DNA of 58,464 nucleotides, the filler included, from Bipalium vagum (lineage: Eukaryota): the NCBI GenBank assembly GCA_037834085.1. It is 3 parts of 3 records of this genome, joined end to end, with 100 filler letters (N's around TTAATTAATTAA, not from the genome) between each part and the next. Parts side by side here need not be neighbours in the genome. Positions count along the whole stretch, not along the records: positions 41,585 to 58,464 come from JBBMKC010088683.1; 2 more parts are not named here. The stretch is one strand, 5' to 3'. Of the stretch, positions 53,701 to 58,464 are shown piece by piece. The notes beneath the pieces were generated by a model. The model searched no databases, was not told the origin of the DNA, and was given only the letters and a program-made list of their open reading frames with translations. The position numbers and the translations under genes were made by a program. The number at the start of each line of letters is the position of its first letter. Within the stretch, counting starts at the first letter, position 1.

Positions 53701-56700
53701 ATTTTTTTATCATCAATTCTTGATAAAACTCAATAGTTCTGTATCGTTGTATTATTTTATTATATATTTCACTTATTCTATTTTATTATTTTACAATAAT
53801 TAATTTTATTTTTAAATGATTCATATATTGGTTTAAAAATGTTTTACTTATTTCTTATTTATTTATTTTAAATAATCTTTTGTAAAAATTTAAAAATCTA
53901 TAGATTAATAAATTTTCACTCACGTAGTCCAATTATTAACATTCTGAATATTATTGGAAACTTTTTGTAATTATTAAATTTTATTGAAAATAAATTTTCC
54001 AGTTAAATATATAATGTTTTATTTGCAACTTGAGAAATTTTAAACCAAACATAAGAAAAAGTAAAAATAATTTCTTTATTATTTAAACCAATCAATTATA
54101 TTTATCATCATTTTTTTCTTTTATTTGACACTAATACTAATAAAAGCTGTAAAATCAAAATTTCTTTTGTCAATGTCGTTTTTTCTATTAATAATAAAAT
54201 TATACCTAGACTCCAATGATGATGAGTTCTATATATTTTTCAAACTTCCAATTACAAAATTCTGTCAATTAATTTGGAAATTAGTTTTATTTAATTAACA
54301 TTTTATGATTATTATCCACAACAGTTATATTTACTTTATTATTTACACTAATATTCAAAATTAAAAATAGGGAAATAAACTAAAATTTATTTCTTATATT
54401 CATCCGAGTTCAATAAATCTTATTTAGAACTTCTCCATAATAAATGAGCTTGGATACTTCTGTTATAGAATATTTCATTTTTTGAAATTCTGTATTTTTT
54501 TATAAAGTTTTGCTATTATTTATTTTTAACATTTTTATTTTACTTTATTTTGTATTTTAAATTTATTTCATATTTTTAAAATTCAATGAGGTTATTATCC
54601 TATATTCAGCTATTATGTCTGTTATATTTGGTTATTTTGTAGTGTCGAGTTCTGAAATAATATCTAAATATTGCTTTAAATCTATATGGACAATAGATTT
54701 ATCGCCCCCTTTTCAGAATAAATATTACTTTTTGCCCCCAAACTAATCCACACCAAATTCCTTTTTGCGTCCACTAGGGGACAGTAGCGCTCACTTTGGG
54801 AATCAGTGGTATACATGAATAATTTTTCAAATTTATTTCTGTAAAAAGAGATTGGGTAAAAAATATCTGTTTTGACTTTTGATATGTTATAATAATCTCC
54901 TTGTTAATTGTGATTAACCATGCCTTTTTGAAATATATTTAACGTACTATTCACAAGTTGTAAAAATGAATGGAAATCAAAATTAAAGTGATTCAAAATA
55001 CAGAATTAAAAAATTAAAATAAATAAATTTGATAAATAGAAAGGTTGAATAGGAATTCAATGAGATTTTAAAACTTTTTAAAATTCTATTTGATAACAGA
55101 ACTAAATCTGGTACAATAGATAATACTTATAATGATTATATTAAATATAAGTATTAAATAATCATTAACTAGTGAGGACTGGAACTTTTAATGCTTTGAT
55201 GGGGAAGATAATTAACGCTTAAGCAAAACATGGTCATGGAAAGAGGGCAACCCTGTTCTACCCTTTTATTTATTTTAATTTGGTCGGTTTATAGGTGATT
55301 GCAGATGAAACTGGGCGAACTATTTGAGTAAGGTTTTGTAATTAGATTTATTTCCCCATTATTTAACCTGATTTATCGAGTGTAAACCATATCAGTTTCT
55401 GCGGAAGGCTGGGAAAAGTCTCTGCAAGATCCAGAAAACAGAAATGGTATTGGTTGTTGAGGGAAGTGCACATCTTGAGGATACCGATAATGTATCCGTT
55501 AAACTCATCACATACATTATCTGAAAATATGGGCTATTTAATAAGTTGGGTTGTTTAATCCAGCTTAAGAGGTAATTATTTAAGATTAAAGAAAATAAGC
55601 GGTAGGTGTTGTCCAATATTGCGATTGGCCACCACGGAGTAATTTGGTGGCCGAGCTCCTCTTTGCCCAGTTTCAAGATGAGAGTGATCTTGAATTCCAA
55701 CCATTGCTCGGTTATTATTTGCCGAGTGATTATGTTGTTGAAGATGGCGGAGAGGAATTTGAAGTTTGGATCGATTTTCTTCCAATCTTCATAGGTGATT
55801 TTGTTCATTCCAACTGCCGATTTAGATGTCATTTTGAGAGTCTTTATTTCATATATGATAATTGGGAAGAGAAAATCATCAATTTTTGAAATTTGGAGTT
55901 TATGGTGCGTGCTACGGTTGATTGGTGGTGGAATTGGATGGATATTTTAGCCACCGTATCGCTGAATTGCATAAGATAAGTTTTTCATTGGAATATTCAT
56001 ATTCCTTAAAATTTCTGAGATAAACCCCATCAGGGCGATAAGAAATTATAATCACCCTTTTCTCATGATCAAGATTAACTTTAGGCAGCATTTTCTGTAA
56101 AAAATTCTGGTGTATTTGTTTAGAAATTAATTATTTCCTTAGTTCTTATGATATGGTTCTAACTACGGAATAATTGTATATGATTTACAGATTTATTTTT
56201 AAATAAACACAGACAGAAGAGACAGTAAAACAATAATAAATATCTTTTATTAAAGAATAAAGTAATACCATGAACATAAGGTGATGATACCAACATATGA
56301 AATATTTTCATAAAAATGACAATGTATTATGAAAATAAATAAGTAACTTTAAAATCTATACGAGTACTATATACAATTAACCTATGATATTAAATATTTC
56401 GGACATAAATTCGAATTTCCTGAACATTTAACATCTCTAATCGCGTTAAATTTCGCTTTTAATGTTTTTTTGTCGTTAAAATTAGTGTCGAAGAACTTTT
56501 GCACAAATGTGTATATGTTTATGAACGACTCGACTACTGGCAATTTTACTGACTTCTTTCGTTTTTGTTGTGACAAATTTATGTTTCTGACAAATTTCGC
56601 ATTTTTAATAACTCTAGTGATTGCATCTCTCAAGTCTTTTTGTCGTTTAAATCAGAAATATACTTTATAATGTTTGCAGTTCCTGTATGTATTATGGCTC

Positions 56701-57022
56701 TATGTATTTCTTCCACTAACATATGGCTCTTGGTTTTTTGAATCAATAATAAAAGATTTAATTAATTTCACAAAAATAAGTTTCTGAGTGAAAACATTTA
56801 ATCATTTTTTTGGTAAAACAAATGAATCCATATACGTATAAAAACGAACTTAGTGTTGACTTAAAAATTTATAGATATGATGAGAAAATTTGTTCATTAT
56901 ATTCAATTTTACCTTTATTGAAGCCATGTCACTGACAGATCTATGTGTCTGAATATTTTCCAATCTATCCAAGCACCATTCTAATTCATTCAGTGTTTCT
57001 TGTGCCATTTTTCCATGCAATT
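41712..57022 (-). CDS. PDE4: cAMP-specific phosphodiesterase 4 (dunce-like): UCR2 and catalytic domain; 5' exons outside the window
   Basis: Exons 56913-57022, 53122-53478, 52964-53065, 52757-52921, 52582-52681, 51643-51797, 48128-48250, 44687-44869 and 41712-41861 splice in frame. Motifs: [19 protein letters not shown]|[61 protein letters not shown]|[15 protein letters not shown]. Confidence 0.96.
42419..43230 (-). mobile_element. Internally deleted mariner in a PDE4 intron
   Basis: TIRs TATTAG[G/A]GG...ATAAGTTCACATCG and remnant [11 protein letters not shown]...[25 protein letters not shown]. Confidence 0.88.
43737..44266. mobile_element. Probable solo LTR (530 bp)
   Basis: GC-richer block bounded by perfect 9-bp TGTTAATAA...TTATTAACA termini, with flanks CTAC/CTAT (near 4-bp TSD) and a TATA-like TATATAAA on the minus strand at ~44040. 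Confidence 0.65.
45672..46254 (-). mobile_element. Internally deleted Tc1-like element
   Basis: ~55-bp imperfect TIRs (CAGGTTTA[T/C]GCAGAAATA...) and remnant VMDNCRFHH...FLSPYSPQL. Confidence 0.88.
46290..46760 (-). mobile_element. Decayed Tc1-like transposase fragment
   Basis: FIFLD...HYGRNLIG...[18 protein letters not shown]. Confidence 0.5.
48685..51140 (+). mobile_element. Decayed hAT transposon carrying a nested mariner
   Basis: [29 protein letters not shown] and the C-terminal dimerisation motif IQPT..SERVFS..SRL..LDT. Subterminal ACCGG repeats and degenerate short TIRs. Confidence 0.85.
48864..49660 (-). mobile_element. mariner fragment nested in the hAT element
   Basis: TATTAGGT TIR end and remnant [33 protein letters not shown]. 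Confidence 0.85.
54700..54808. mobile_element. hAT/Charlie-type MITE terminus
   Basis: GCCCCC-rich subterminal region ending in CACTTTGGGAATCAGTG, similar to CAGTGATTCCCAA-type TIRs. Confidence 0.4.
55170..56100 (-). mobile_element. Non-LTR retrotransposon RT fragment (R2/R4/NeSL-type)
   Basis: [59 protein letters not shown]. Confidence 0.8.
56380..56730 (-). mobile_element. LTR retrotransposon integrase zinc-binding fragment
   Basis: [11 protein letters not shown]...ITRVIKN(fs)CEICQKHK, an HHCC motif. Confidence 0.65.
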
Positions 57023-57349
57023 CTGTTAAGAAGAAATAATAATAATTATTATATAATTATTATAATTAAGATAATTAAAGATTTCATTTTTGGTAAGTAG
57101 TTGTCAGTAAGAGAATCGCGTAGAATTACAACTTCTCAAAAAAAATTGAAGAAAAAATTTTTTCTCATAATTCATTCGTAGACTTTTTAAATGTTATTTC
57201 TTGAGACATGAAAAAAGCAAAACTCTCATTCCAAATTTTATTTTATTTGAGAATGACAAGGTAAAAATTCATGTACAGAAAGTAGTCTTTTTCTATATAC
57301 CTTACTAATAAAGGCTCTAACACTAAGTTATTATAAAGTATTATTACAA

Positions 57350-58390
57350 AAAGCATGAATTTTAAGATCATCCATAACATCACATACACGAGTCTCCAGT
57401 TCATTAGCTGAATTTGGATGAAAATTACTGATAAAAACCTGTCTTTTTATTCCCAACATCCAATAATTCAATTGGGCGGCATTGAGGTACATTTATGGGG
57501 TTATTAATCTTGCTGACAATATGTATTTGTGTTGATTGTAGATAGTGGGGAACTGGTGCTGAATAGTGTGAGGAAGCCAAATCAAGCCAGAAGATGATGT
57601 TGAAGTCAGAGTATCTCTTTTTGATAAAAGTGATAAGGCGCTGTTGGATACAGAGCTTTGTAAGTCTGTTTGTTAATGACCATGTTCTACCTCCAGAGGA
57701 AGTAATCACATAGGGAATTTTATTAGCACTTCTTCCGGAATAGTTGATGGATCCTTGGCATAATATACTATGTCTAAAATTTTCCCCGATCATTTTGTGT
57801 AATATAGGTTTCATCATCTATGATGATAAAAGACAGGCCATTTTTTAGTTTTATGTAGTGATCTCTTTAGAGTCTACCTAATGCTTTGCGGATTTCTCCT
57901 TTCTTGACAGGATTGTATAAAGGAATAGTTTTTTGATTGTGACTTATCACTATATATCTTCAATGTATTGGTTATAGTTGTGTTGCACACATTGAATGTC
58001 TTCACTGTCTTTCGAAAACTTTTGTTGATGGTATTATTGTAATTTTTATCAAACCGCCTGCTCTTGTTACAGTGATCTTAGGATGATCTCCATTGCTGGT
58101 TTTACTATCAGACACATTGTCAATTGAGTCAAAGGTCTTAAGGACGTTATACGCTTCAGAATGATTGTATCCTGCATAGTGCCACCTATTTTGCATAGTT
58201 GAGATGTTGAAGTTAAAATTTTGCTTGCAATCATGAAGAGCCATGTTGTAAAAATTAATGTAGGTTAAGAGACAGTGATGATTATTAAATTTGATTAATC
58301 TAAGATTTAGGCACTTTTTGAAACAATATAGAACGTGTCACATGTAACAAATGATATAAATTTTAGAGGCTAGCAAAAACACCTGTCTAC
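57350..58390 (-). mobile_element. DD37E-type ITm transposon, decayed
   Basis: FWLDLASSHYS...NPINVPQCRPIE, with exactly 37 residues between D and E. Confidence 0.85.
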
Positions 58391-58392
58391 GA

Positions 58393-58464
<72 letters not shown>
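58393..58464. repeat. (ATT)n microsatellite
   Basis: Perfect ATT run at the window end. Similar runs occur at ~23420-23484, ~25450-25498 and 41585-41660. Confidence 0.95.

Overview
Very AT-rich metazoan genomic DNA with (ATT)n microsatellites, 41-64 nt mini-introns and many decayed Tc1/mariner copies. These features suggest a planarian flatworm such as Schmidtea (inference). The window is three contigs joined by artificial N44-TTAATTAATTAA-N44 linkers. Contig 1 holds the 3' part of a mei-P26/NHL-2-like TRIM-NHL gene (+), a head-to-head pair of spliced genes I cannot assign to a family (one with His-containing 9-aa repeats), and an AP-1 sigma subunit gene (+). Contig 2 holds a complete sFRP gene (-). 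Contig 3 holds the 3' nine exons of a PDE4/dunce-like gene (-). The most unusual element is a decayed Ty3/Gypsy retroelement (about 8.3-15.3 kb, -) inside an intron. After RT-RNaseH-integrase it carries about 4 kb of extra cargo: a hydrophobic segment, a retropepsin downstream of integrase, about 5 ankyrin repeats, an env-like type I membrane protein and an ISG20/REX4-like DEDDh exonuclease fold. All domain calls are from manual translation and motif recognition; no searches were run.
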